From positions 51,210 through 115,209 of the forward strand of contig CAJBKE010000033.1 of the NCBI GenBank assembly GCA_903953565.1: a stretch of 64,000 nt of DNA. The letters run 5' to 3'. The stretch's first letter is position 1. Every line of letters starts with the position of its first letter. Below the pieces are notes generated by a model that was given only the letters and a program-made list of their open reading frames with translations, ran no database searches and was not told the origin of the DNA. A program made the translations under genes and the position numbers. Shown piece by piece: positions 45,172 through 54,054 of the stretch. This DNA is from an uncultured Verrucomicrobiota bacterium (GTDB lineage: Bacteria; Verrucomicrobiota; Verrucomicrobiia; Chthoniobacterales; JACTMZ01).

Positions 45172-46496
45172 TGAGAGTCGCCATGTTGAGCTTCGAGCAC
45201 GTGCCGCATTGGCACGGCGGCATCGGCAACTACACAAAGCAGGCCGCGGGCATGCTCGCCCGTCGGGGCCACGAGGTGGAGGTGTTCTCCGCTTGCCCGG
45301 AGAGAGCTTATGACGAGCCGCGCGACGGGGTGCTCGTCCATTTTGTAGAGTGCCCGGATCGCCGGTCTTTCGCTCGCGTGGCCGCAGACTCGCTGGCGCG
45401 CGAACATGAGCGGAGGCCATTCGATGTGGTGGAGGCTCCCGACTTGGCAGCGGAGGGACTCGAGGTGTTCCGGCGCTTTCCCGACCTTGCGTCCGTGGTG
45501 CGGCTGCACACTCCGTCGTATCTCGCAGCGTGGGTCGACCGTGCGACTTTCGGCCGGCCAGCCGTAGCCGCGCACTCCGTGCGGATCGCGTTCTCCGAAG
45601 TGCTGCGCGGGCGATGGCCAAAGCAGGCGGCTTCTTTCGCCCGCATGCATTGGTCGCTTAAATCCAGCTATTCACCCGAAGGCGATGAGGAGTGCGCGGC
45701 GGCCCTGCTTGCTGACGTGATGGTGGCACCATCCCGACGGCTCGCTGCGGAGGTAGAGAGCGCTTGGCACTTGGAGTCGGGGTCTGTCCGGGTGCTGCCG
45801 TATCCGCATCAACCGGATGAGGAGATGGTGTCGTTACCTGTTCCGCGCGGCGAGGTTGCCACGATTCTGTATTACGGCGGAATCAAGGGCTTCAAAGGGG
45901 TTGATGTTTTAGCCAAGGCGATTCCCGGTGTTTTGCAGAGACACCCGCGCGTCCGGTTTATTTTTGCGGGGAAATCTCAGGGTTCGCCATTTGCCGACCT
46001 GACTCCGCGTGCATTCATCGAGGGGCGTGTTTGCCAGTGGCAAGAAATGGAGGTCTGGCTCCAAGAACGTCTGTCCGCTTTTCGGGAGTCTGTGAGCTTT
46101 CTCGGGGCGGTTGACTCCGCGGGCATTAAGCGGCTGCTTTCCGAGGCCGATATCTGTGTTTTTCCCAGCCGGTTTGATAATTTTCCTAACGCCTGTCTTG
46201 AGGCAATGGCAGCTGGTCGGCCCATCGTGGCCACGCGCTCGGGGGGTATGGAAGAGATGTTCGGACCAACCGATGCTGGCTTGCTGGTCAAGCCGGGTAG
46301 TGTGCGGGAGTTGACCGACGCGTTGGTTCGCCTGATCGAAGACCCTGCCATGCGTAGCGCGATGGCGCAGCGTGCGCGACAGCGCGTGCTGCGCGCCTAC
46401 AGTGATGATGTCATCGGACCGCTGTATGAACAGACGTATGCGGAGGCGATAGAGATGAGAGGCAAAAGGCGAGAGGCTACAGGCAAGATGAGCTAG
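45171..46496 (+). CDS. Glycosyltransferase family 4 (GT-B)
   Basis: The ATG overlaps the previous TAA (TAATG). MRVAMLSFEHVPHWHGGIGNY. C-terminal FPSRFDNFPNACLEAMAAGRPIVATRSGGMEE (EX7E region). Confidence 0.85.
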   Translation: MRVAMLSFEHVPHWHGGIGNYTKQAAGMLARRGHEVEVFSACPERAYDEPRDGVLVHFVECPDRRSFARVAADSLAREHERRPFDVVEAPDLAAEGLEVFRRFPDLASVVRLHTPSYLAAWVDRATFGRPAVAAHSVRIAFSEVLRGRWPKQAASFARMHWSLKSSYSPEGDEECAAALLADVMVAPSRRLAAEVESAWHLESGSVRVLPYPHQPDEEMVSLPVPRGEVATILYYGGIKGFKGVDVLAKAIPGVLQRHPRVRFIFAGKSQGSPFADLTPRAFIEGRVCQWQEMEVWLQERLSAFRESVSFLGAVDSAGIKRLLSEADICVFPSRFDNFPNACLEAMAAGRPIVATRSGGMEEMFGPTDAGLLVKPGSVRELTDALVRLIEDPAMRSAMAQRARQRVLRAYSDDVIGPLYEQTYAEAIEMRGKRREATGKMS

Positions 46497-46608
46497 GTGA
46501 GAGGGACGAGGCGGAGGCGGAAACTGAGGTCGGAAGTCGGAGATTATATGACAGAAAAGAGGTCGGCGGTAGACGGTGTTCAGTTTGCGGACTGGTGAAG
46601 ACAGAGTC

Positions 46609-47526
46609 ATGAGGAAGCCGACAACAGCTCTGCTGATTCCGTGCTACAACGCGGAGAAGTATCTAGACAATCTGCGCAAGCAGGTGGATGCGCTGAATCC
46701 GGCCTTCGACGAGGTGCTGCTTGTTGATGATGCGAGCACGGATGGGACTATGGCCAGGGCTCGGGAGTTGGGTTTTGCTATCCATCCGCTCCCTAACAAT
46801 CGTGGGCCCGGAGGCGCTCGAAACGCCCTGCTGCAAATGGCAACGACGGAATGGGTGCATTTCCTCGATGCCGATGATGAGCTTGCTACCGACTATTTGG
46901 CTCAAGTGCTGCCGCATGCCAATGAAGCGACGGACGTGGTTCTCAGCGCCTGCGACTTTCTCGGCGCTGCTGATCGGAAGTTCTGGGTGCGGTGGACCTA
47001 CGACAACGAGAAGTTCCGCGACAACGCGCTGGCGGCAGCAATTGCCACCCCGGTGTTTCTGCATTGCACGTTCATCCGTCGCAGCAAGGCCCTGGAGGCC
47101 GGTGGATTCGACGAGGTGCATCGCTGCTTTGAGGACGGGGATTTTCATGTGCGTCTGGCTGCGGCGGGAGCGCGGTTTGCCTGCATTCCCGATGTTTTGT
47201 CCGTGAGCTTGCGGCACTCCGAGGGCAGCGGAGGGAACGAGCTTTACTGCGCGCAATGCCGGCTCGAGTTTCTGAAGGAGTATGGCAAATACCTCGGGCG
47301 AATCCCGGCGGATGTGCTCACGGGCGCGTTGGTCAATTGTGGAGCCCGGCTGCACCAGAAGGGTGATGTTCGAGCAAGTCGTGGGGCGTTCGATCTAGCT
47401 TTTGATCTTGGTTGGAAGGGGGCGGAGTCGGGAAAGCTGCTTCTGCGTGCTGCAAACGCAATACCGAGTCGGGCTTTGAAGCGAAGTTTGTTTCTTGCGC
47501 AGCATGAGGTGAGGAACAAGGAATAG
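46609..47526 (+). CDS. Glycosyltransferase family 2
   Basis: TALLIPCYNAEKYLDNL, LVDDASTDGT, FLDADDE. Confidence 0.85.
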   Translation: MRKPTTALLIPCYNAEKYLDNLRKQVDALNPAFDEVLLVDDASTDGTMARARELGFAIHPLPNNRGPGGARNALLQMATTEWVHFLDADDELATDYLAQVLPHANEATDVVLSACDFLGAADRKFWVRWTYDNEKFRDNALAAAIATPVFLHCTFIRRSKALEAGGFDEVHRCFEDGDFHVRLAAAGARFACIPDVLSVSLRHSEGSGGNELYCAQCRLEFLKEYGKYLGRIPADVLTGALVNCGARLHQKGDVRASRGAFDLAFDLGWKGAESGKLLLRAANAIPSRALKRSLFLAQHEVRNKE

Positions 47527-47684
47527 GCTATAAGGGAGAGGTGTTTGGGGAGAAGCTATAGACGGGAGGCACGGGGCCAGAGGACGGAGATCGGAGAGCG
47601 GTGGTTCGGTAACACGGTGTTGTGGTAAGCGGAGATGAGCGGGCACAGGCCGGAGCACAGAGGTGGTATAGTGCGCGATAAACT

Positions 47685-48749
47685 ATGGCGTTGAATTTCC
47701 AGTTTAGTGAAGAACGCAGTCTGTCTTTGCGCGACAACGGCTACGACTTGGTGCGTTTGGTCTTGGCCGCGATGGTGGTGTATTCGCACTCCTACGCTGT
47801 CGGAGGCTACGGAGCGGAGCCGCTGGCGCGCTGGTCCAAGGAGCATCTCATCATGGGCGAGTTGGGAGTGCTGGGGTTTTTCGCATTGAGCGGTTTTCTC
47901 GTTTCTTCGAGCGGAGAGCGGTCTCGCTCATTGGTCTCTTACTTTGTCAAGCGGGCGCGCCGGATCTTTCCGGGCTTTTGGGTGTGTCTCGTTGTTACCG
48001 CCTTTGTCTTCGCCCCTCTCATTTGGATCATTGGAGGTCGCAGCCTTTCCGCGTTCCCTTGGGCCGAACCCCAAGGAGCTGCGTCTTACGTCACGCACAA
48101 TGCGCTTCTCCAGGTGAATCAGCACAGCATAGGTGACGTGCTGTCGGGTGCGGCGTGGCCTGGCTCGATAAACGGCAGCTTGTGGTCACTCTTTCCGGAG
48201 TTTGGATGCTACTTGGCGGTAGCGGTCCTGGTCTTCGGCGGCGCTCTGACCCGCAGTCGATGGTTGCTAGCCGGAGTGGCTGTCGGCGCGTTCATCGACC
48301 ATATCGTGATGATTGTGGTCGGCCGGGACGCATTCCCCGGGATTCCATCGTTCTACGCGTTCACCAACTGGTCGCCATATTTGACCGCGTTTGCCGTCGG
48401 CGCCTGTGCCTATGTTTGGAGAGAGCATCTGGTCTTCTCATGGAAGACGGTCGGCGTGCTTGGATTTCTCTGCTTGGTCACGTTGAAGTTCGGCGGCTTC
48501 AAGCTCGTATCGCCCCTGCTCGTCGCTGCTTTGGTGCTCAGTGCCGGCAGTTGTTTCAAGCTGCGGCTGAAGACGGATCTTTCTTACGGGCTCTATATCT
48601 ACTCGTTCCCCTGCCAGCAGTTGCTGTTCGCGTTGGGGCTTGGCGCAACAGCCGTGCCGGTGTTTGTTGTTGGAAGCATCGCGCTAAGCGCGGGGTGTGC
48701 TTGGCTGAGCTGGAGTTTTGTCGAGAGACCGGCGTTGGGGAGAGGATAA
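47685..48749 (+). CDS. Acyltransferase family 3 (membrane O-acyl/acetyltransferase)
   Basis: 354 aa, about 10 TM helices. N-terminal RDNGYDLVRLVLAAMVVYSHSY is typical of Acyl_transf_3. Confidence 0.85.
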   Translation: MALNFQFSEERSLSLRDNGYDLVRLVLAAMVVYSHSYAVGGYGAEPLARWSKEHLIMGELGVLGFFALSGFLVSSSGERSRSLVSYFVKRARRIFPGFWVCLVVTAFVFAPLIWIIGGRSLSAFPWAEPQGAASYVTHNALLQVNQHSIGDVLSGAAWPGSINGSLWSLFPEFGCYLAVAVLVFGGALTRSRWLLAGVAVGAFIDHIVMIVVGRDAFPGIPSFYAFTNWSPYLTAFAVGACAYVWREHLVFSWKTVGVLGFLCLVTLKFGGFKLVSPLLVAALVLSAGSCFKLRLKTDLSYGLYIYSFPCQQLLFALGLGATAVPVFVVGSIALSAGCAWLSWSFVERPALGRG

Positions 48750-48866
48750 GAGGAGGCGGGTAGGAGGCCATAGGCTTTAGGCTATAGGTGCAGCACAGCT
48801 GCGGACCAAAAGACCAAGAGACTAAAAGACAAAGAGTCGAAGAGCTAAAAGCGGAAAGCTACAGTC

Positions 48867-49427
48867 ATGACAATACCCGGAATCATTCAGCGTTGGCGGC
48901 GGTGGTGCTTGGCGCGGCGGGGGCTGGCGCTGGATCGGTCGTGCTATGTTGGGCCGCAGGTTTCGCTCGGGCCGGACAATGCGGCGGTGCGCGGCGAGGT
49001 CACCGCAGGTTCATACTGCGAGATTAATCAGGGCGTGGAACTTAATGCTTTCGGCGGATCAATCCGATTGGCCGACCGTGTGTGGCTCGGGCCCTATGCC
49101 GTGATCTATGGCCATGGCGGTGTTGAGATCGGTGAGTGGACGATGGTGTCGATGCACGCAACCGTTGTATCATCGAATCACGCCATCCCAGGCATGGATC
49201 GGTGCATGCGTTGGGAAAAAGATGTGCTGTTGCCGACGAAGATCGGCCGCGATGTGTGGATCGGGGCGAATGCGGTGATTCTCGGCGGCATAACCATCGG
49301 CGATGGTGCGGTGGTTGCAGCGGGAGCGGTGGTGACGAACGATGTGGAACGCGGGGCGATTGTGGCGGGGAATCCGGCGCGCGAGATGCGCAGACGAAAG
49401 GCAATAGGCGAGGGACGAGAGGACTGA
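48867..49427 (+). CDS. Hexapeptide-repeat (LbH) acetyltransferase
   Basis: VWIGANAVILGGITIGDGAVVAAGAVVTNDVERGAIVAGNPA. Confidence 0.85.
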   Translation: MTIPGIIQRWRRWCLARRGLALDRSCYVGPQVSLGPDNAAVRGEVTAGSYCEINQGVELNAFGGSIRLADRVWLGPYAVIYGHGGVEIGEWTMVSMHATVVSSNHAIPGMDRCMRWEKDVLLPTKIGRDVWIGANAVILGGITIGDGAVVAAGAVVTNDVERGAIVAGNPAREMRRRKAIGEGRED

Positions 49428-49553
49428 GGCGGTAAGGAACGAAGAGACCAAAAGACCAAGAGACAAACGAAGTGCGGCAGAGCCCCAGAGATCAGCAACC
49501 AGAGGCCAGATGGCGGAGGGCGGAGAACAGATGACGAATGAGTGCGGAAGGCG

Positions 49554-50345
49554 ATGAATCTGCCGGCTAAAACCAAAGAATCGATGAACGATCTCAAGTT
49601 GTTGTCCATAATCATCCCCGCCCGGGATGAGGAGGGATGCATTGCTTCGACAGTGGAGCACTTGCACCTCGAGTTGGAGTTACGCGGGGTGCCGCATGAG
49701 ATTGTCGTGGTCGATGATGGCTCGACGGATCGCACTTGGAACATCCTTCAGGCTGAGGGGGAAAAGTTGCCTGAGCTGAAGCCAATCAAGAACGAGGGTC
49801 CGCATGGATTCGGGCGGGCTATCGTCAAGGGGTTGGATGCCATGACTGGTGATGCGGTGGTCATCATGATGGCGGATGAGTCAGATGATTGCCGGGATGT
49901 GGTGCGCTATTGGGAGAAGCTGAACAAGGGTTACGACTGCGTGTTCGGTAGTCGCTTCATGAAGGGAGGTGGAACGATCGATTACCCACCAATCAAGCTC
50001 TTCATGAACCGGATGGCCAATGCCTTCGTCCGCTTCATGTTCCGGCATGGTCTCAACGACACGACCAACGCTTTCAAGGCTTACCGCAAAGCAGTGATTG
50101 ATGGCATTCGTCCGATTCTTTCGCCGCATTTCAACATCACCGTCGAGTTGCCGCTCAAGGCCATTGTGCGTGGCTACAGTTTCACGGTCATCCCAATCAC
50201 GTGGCGCAACCGCCGCCATGGCGTGGCCAAGCTCAAGATCAAGGAAATGGGCAGTCGCTACCTTTTCATCTGTCTTTACGTGTGGTTGGAGAAATATTTT
50301 TCGAGAGGGGACTATTTGAAAAACGAAGAAGGCAAGAGGCAATAG
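49554..50345 (+). CDS. GT2 polyprenyl-phosphate glycosyltransferase (GtrB/DPM1/ArnC-like)
   Basis: LSIIIPARDEEGCI, VVDDGSTDRT, MADESDD, and a C-terminal TM segment YLFICLYVWLEKYF. Confidence 0.8.
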   Translation: MNLPAKTKESMNDLKLLSIIIPARDEEGCIASTVEHLHLELELRGVPHEIVVVDDGSTDRTWNILQAEGEKLPELKPIKNEGPHGFGRAIVKGLDAMTGDAVVIMMADESDDCRDVVRYWEKLNKGYDCVFGSRFMKGGGTIDYPPIKLFMNRMANAFVRFMFRHGLNDTTNAFKAYRKAVIDGIRPILSPHFNITVELPLKAIVRGYSFTVIPITWRNRRHGVAKLKIKEMGSRYLFICLYVWLEKYFSRGDYLKNEEGKRQ

Positions 50346-50424
50346 GTGACAGGCGATAGGGAAGAGAGGCACTACGCGCTAGGTGAGAGGCAAGGGGAGA
50401 GAGAAATGAATAACGTGGAGAACA

Positions 50425-50446
50425 GGCTAGAGGCGAGAGGCTATAG
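50425..50446. repeat. Left inverted-repeat arm of cassette 2
   Basis: GGCTAGAGGCGAGAGGCTATAG. Its reverse complement occurs at 50827-50848 with 21/22 identity. Confidence 0.85.
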
Positions 50447-50463
50447 ACGAGAGGGGAATAGCG

Positions 50464-50832
50464 ATGGGTAAGGGAGGCTTTCGAGGATTGAAGGTTTGGC
50501 AGCGGGCGAAAGCACTGGCTGTCGATGTTTATGCTGCCGTGAAGAGTTCTCCGGAGTTGGCCAAAGATTTCGGGCTGCGTGATCAGATGCAGCGCGCGGC
50601 GGTAAGTGTCTGCAGTAATATTGCCGAAGGAGATGAAAGGGACACGGACAAGGATGCGGTTCGCTTCTTCTACATCGCAAAAGGTTCTGTTGCGGAGCTG
50701 ATCACGCAGCTCGAGATAGCCAAAGACGCGCAGCTTATCGAGTTATCGAGGGCGGACGCCCTGATCAAAGAAGCCGAGGAGATTGGCTCCATGCTTGGCG
50801 CGTTGATCAAAGCCCGCGCCGCATGCCTATAG
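50464..50832 (+). CDS. Four-helix-bundle protein (23S rRNA IVS protein / Avd family), copy 2
   Basis: GFRGLKVWQRAKALAVDVY ... RAAVSVCSNIAEGDER ... FFYIAKGSVAELITQLEIA. Confidence 0.9.
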   Translation: MGKGGFRGLKVWQRAKALAVDVYAAVKSSPELAKDFGLRDQMQRAAVSVCSNIAEGDERDTDKDAVRFFYIAKGSVAELITQLEIAKDAQLIELSRADALIKEAEEIGSMLGALIKARAACL

Positions 50833-50848
50833 CCTCTCCCCTCTAGCC
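50827..50848. repeat. Right inverted-repeat arm of cassette 2
   Basis: CTATAGCCTCTCCCCTCTAGCC. Contains the ORF stop codon TAG (50830-50832). Confidence 0.85.
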
Positions 50849-50863
50849 TCCTTCCCCCATCTC

Positions 50864-52345
50864 ATGTCTACGCGTTCAGCTCTAACGGCCATCGTCTGGT
50901 TGGCCCTCGCCTTGAGCGCGATCGTCTGGATCATGCGGATATCCAGTGCAGTCGCGCTGGATCGTCCTTTTCTTGGCAACACCAGCGGATGCGAAGAGGA
51001 GGCGCTGTTCTCGGTATGGAAAGCGGCCAATGGATACGAGGTCTACAACAACCCCTGGTTACCGCCCTTCAGTGCGAGTTACTTCGGTTGGCTATTTTAC
51101 CAAGTCTACGGTTGGTGGGCAAAGGCCGGGTTGGCGGTCAGTGGCCTCGAAGACGCTTGGCTGCCGACCTTTACGCGTATCTTCACTCTGATTGGTTTGC
51201 TCGCCTGTATTGGGGTTTTTTACCGCCTTCTGCAGACCGGAGCCAACAGGGGGGCTACATTCCCGCCGAGCCTGCTCTTCGGTTTGGCGGCTCTGGTCTT
51301 CATCAATCCCCTGTTCCATTGGTGGGCCTTCACCACGCGAGCAGACGTGTGGGCTCTGGCCTGGGAGTTGGCTGCGCTGTTGGCTGCTTTTTGCTATGCG
51401 AAGAGCGGACGAGCGCGCGCCGTGGTTCTGGTCGGGGTCTTCGCCTTCCTTGCGTGGTCATTCCGGCAGACCAATATCTCGGTGTTGGCGGGCTTTGGTC
51501 TGTGGCTCCTCGTTAATCGGCGCTGGAAGGTGTTGCTGCCCATGGTGGCGTCAATGGCTGTTGCTTTCGGTGTGACCATGGCGGTCCTGGGGATGAACTT
51601 CATCGACAGTGCTTTCACCGCCAATGCCCTCAGCGGTGACATGCGAAGCTCGGTGGCGATCGCCAATGCATCCAGTGCGCTCACCAAGGACCCGCTTTTG
51701 ACGCTCGCGCTCGGCGCCGCTTTCGTTCTGGTTTTTTTCGCGGGCAAATGGTGGCACAACAACGCATCACGGCTGGCTTTTCTTGTCGCGGCCACGTCCG
51801 TCTTTCTTGCGGCAGCGCTTGCCGCCAAGGTTGGTGCGAGTTCAAACTACTACCTGCCGCCGGCTGCGCTGGTGCCGCTGTTTGTTCTTGTAGCGCTATC
51901 CCGCTGCGAGTTTCCGAGTTTTCTCAACGCGGGTTTCATTGGCGCCGGAGCTGCCGGAATCGGCCTGGCTAGCGCTTTGGTGCTGTCGGGAGCGAGTGGC
52001 AACCTGCGCTCGCCGGGGGACGAGCGTCTGCATGAAATGCGGGCGCTGCGCCGGGAATTGCGCGAGCCGGTCTTTAGCACTGACCGCGTGGTCAATTTGC
52101 CGTGGATTTTGGGTAATGGGCCGGAGAGCTACGTGTTCGGCTATGCCTATCAAAGAATGCTGGCAGCCAAGCCGGAGAAATTTACCGGTGGCACAATCGC
52201 CGATCTCCTCCGAGGCGGGCGCTTCAGCACCTTGATCACGCTTGAGGATAGCGCCTCTTATGTCGCCACAGCGGAAGAGTTGGCGGATTTCACAAGCGCA
52301 GGGGGAACGGTGAGGGAAGTGCGTAAGCGCGAAGGCGGGCTGTAA
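50864..52345 (+). CDS. Polytopic membrane protein, putative GT-C-type glycosyltransferase (ArnT/PMT-like)
   Basis: 493 aa, more than 10 TM helices. Follows a GtrB-like GT2. The function is inferred from context and topology only. Confidence 0.55.
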   Translation: MSTRSALTAIVWLALALSAIVWIMRISSAVALDRPFLGNTSGCEEEALFSVWKAANGYEVYNNPWLPPFSASYFGWLFYQVYGWWAKAGLAVSGLEDAWLPTFTRIFTLIGLLACIGVFYRLLQTGANRGATFPPSLLFGLAALVFINPLFHWWAFTTRADVWALAWELAALLAAFCYAKSGRARAVVLVGVFAFLAWSFRQTNISVLAGFGLWLLVNRRWKVLLPMVASMAVAFGVTMAVLGMNFIDSAFTANALSGDMRSSVAIANASSALTKDPLLTLALGAAFVLVFFAGKWWHNNASRLAFLVAATSVFLAAALAAKVGASSNYYLPPAALVPLFVLVALSRCEFPSFLNAGFIGAGAAGIGLASALVLSGASGNLRSPGDERLHEMRALRRELREPVFSTDRVVNLPWILGNGPESYVFGYAYQRMLAAKPEKFTGGTIADLLRGGRFSTLITLEDSASYVATAEELADFTSAGGTVREVRKREGGL

Positions 52346-52369
52346 GCAGGACAGAATGTTGGCAGTAGG

Positions 52370-52386
52370 CGGTAGTCAGTCGGCAG
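52370..52386. repeat. Left inverted-repeat arm of cassette 3
   Basis: CGGTAGTCAGTCGGCAG, complementary (14/17) to 52871-52887. A related word GCCGTAGTCGGTAGACAGTTGGCAGC occurs at 52481-52506. Confidence 0.5.
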
Positions 52387-52523
52387 AAAAAAATAAGTCA
52401 GCAGGCGTTGGTTGACGGTAGTCATCACAAGGCGAGTCAAACATGGCGTGCTTTGAAGATAGCAAAAGAGTCAGGGGTTGGCCGTAGTCGGTAGACAGTT
52501 GGCAGCAATTACAGAGACGAGCA

Positions 52524-52874
52524 ATGGCGGGATTTGAAGATTTGGAAGTTTGGCAACGGGCGGTGGCGCTTAGTGCGGATGTGTATCGTCGAATGGCTTC
52601 CTGCAAAGACTTCGGATTTCGTGATCAGATCACGCGATCTGCTCTTTCGATACCGTCCAACATAGCGGAGGGCATGGAGCGAAGCTCCGTCCCTGATCGC
52701 TCGAAGTTTCTGGACTACGCTCGTGGTTCTTGCGGCGAGTTTCGAACTCAAGCAACCGTTGGGACTAAAGCCGGCTTGCTCGAGTCAGCGCTCGCCGAAG
52801 AGTGGATCGCTGCAAGCCGCACTTTATCGGCGATGATCCAAGGGCTTATCCGCTCTCTGAAAACCGCAAACTGA
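52524..52874 (+). CDS. Four-helix-bundle protein (23S rRNA IVS protein / Avd family), copy 3
   Basis: MAGFEDLEVWQRAVALSADVY ... RSALSIPSNIAEGMER ... FLDYARGSCGEFRTQ. Confidence 0.9.
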   Translation: MAGFEDLEVWQRAVALSADVYRRMASCKDFGFRDQITRSALSIPSNIAEGMERSSVPDRSKFLDYARGSCGEFRTQATVGTKAGLLESALAEEWIAASRTLSAMIQGLIRSLKTAN

Positions 52875-52887
52875 CGACTGATGACCG
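52871..52887. repeat. Right inverted-repeat arm of cassette 3
   Basis: CTGACGACTGATGACCG. Spans the cassette stop codon and the ATG of the next GT2 gene. Confidence 0.5.
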
Positions 52888-53945
52888 ACGACTCTACGAA
52901 GCCTTCGGTTTCCGTGATCATTCCTGCCTACGGGCGGGTGGAGCCGCTGAAGTATACTTTGCGCAGCGCGGCGGTGTGCGCGCACGAGTCAGGGGTTCAT
53001 TGCGAAATCATCGTGGTCGATGACGGCTCCGAGCCGTCGATCGAGGAGCAGTTGGCCGGTTTCGATGTGGGGCATCCCGTGCGCTTTGTTCGCCAGGCGA
53101 ACCAAGGATCGATCGTCGCGCGGCTCACCGGCTTTCACGCCGCGACGGGGAAGTATGTGTTCTTCCTCGATTCCGATGATGTGGTTCAGCCGGACAAGCT
53201 CGGCGCGCATCTGCGAGCCATGGAAGAGAGCGGCGCTGATGTGAGCTACAGCGACTCGGCGGAAGCCAAGCTTGAGGCGGACTACGGAGTGTCTTTCGGT
53301 GCGGCGACCACACATTTTCCAACCGTGGACAGTGCATTGGATCTTTTGGTCAGGATACAGCCCGCGCCTTACAGTCCGGTTTATCGTAGATCTTATTTAG
53401 CCAAAGCCTTGGACAGCCCGATGATTCCGATTCACCGGATATACGATCCCTCGGGTGATGTGTGGCTCTATCGTGCCGCAGCCATGGTGCCGGGCAAAGC
53501 GGTGAGGGTTCGAGGCCATCTTGCCGCGACCGGTCCGCACGAAGAGAACCGTTTCAGTTTGTGTTGGGAAAAGCTTGGAGTGGCCTCCCTTGGTATCGAC
53601 GAGGCTGTGATGGCAAGTTGTCCGATGACTGCTGAAACGGAATCATTTCGGAGCGCAGTGGGCGAGGTGGCCTTCCGCTCATGGCGGATGCTTCCGGCGG
53701 ATGTGTTGCCGCAATTCGATCGACGCATGCTTGCGCTATGGCGCCAGGCTCCACGACAGCGCCCGAAGCAGATGGGTGGACGCTCTTTCCGCATGGTCGC
53801 GCGGTTGCTGGGTTGGGTGGGTGCCGGGCGATTGTTCCGTCGCTTGCAGCGGCCGACGTATGCGCAGTGCAAGACCTTGCGGGATGAGGGGGAATTTGCG
53901 GAGTTGGTGGCGAAGCTGCCCGCGGCGCGGGGGCATGAGGCGTGA
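52881..53945 (+). CDS. Glycosyltransferase family 2
   Basis: VSVIIPAYGRVEPLKYTLRS, VVDDGSEPS, FLDSDD. Confidence 0.8.
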   Translation: MTDDSTKPSVSVIIPAYGRVEPLKYTLRSAAVCAHESGVHCEIIVVDDGSEPSIEEQLAGFDVGHPVRFVRQANQGSIVARLTGFHAATGKYVFFLDSDDVVQPDKLGAHLRAMEESGADVSYSDSAEAKLEADYGVSFGAATTHFPTVDSALDLLVRIQPAPYSPVYRRSYLAKALDSPMIPIHRIYDPSGDVWLYRAAAMVPGKAVRVRGHLAATGPHEENRFSLCWEKLGVASLGIDEAVMASCPMTAETESFRSAVGEVAFRSWRMLPADVLPQFDRRMLALWRQAPRQRPKQMGGRSFRMVARLLGWVGAGRLFRRLQRPTYAQCKTLRDEGEFAELVAKLPAARGHEA

Positions 53946-54054
53946 GGCAAGAGGCAAGAGGCGCCAGGAAGGAGGCTAGGCACGGATCAACGCGGATTCG
54001 CGCGGATTATTCTTCGTGCGCACACGCACGAAGCAAAGTGATTGCTTGGGGAAC

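Noticed and set aside
54012-54033. Perfect 8-bp hairpin CTTCGTGC-GCACAC-GCACGAAG as an intrinsic terminator
   Set aside because: There is no downstream T tract, and it overlaps the alternative GTG start region of the next GT2. More likely it is a local structure or part of the spacer repeats.
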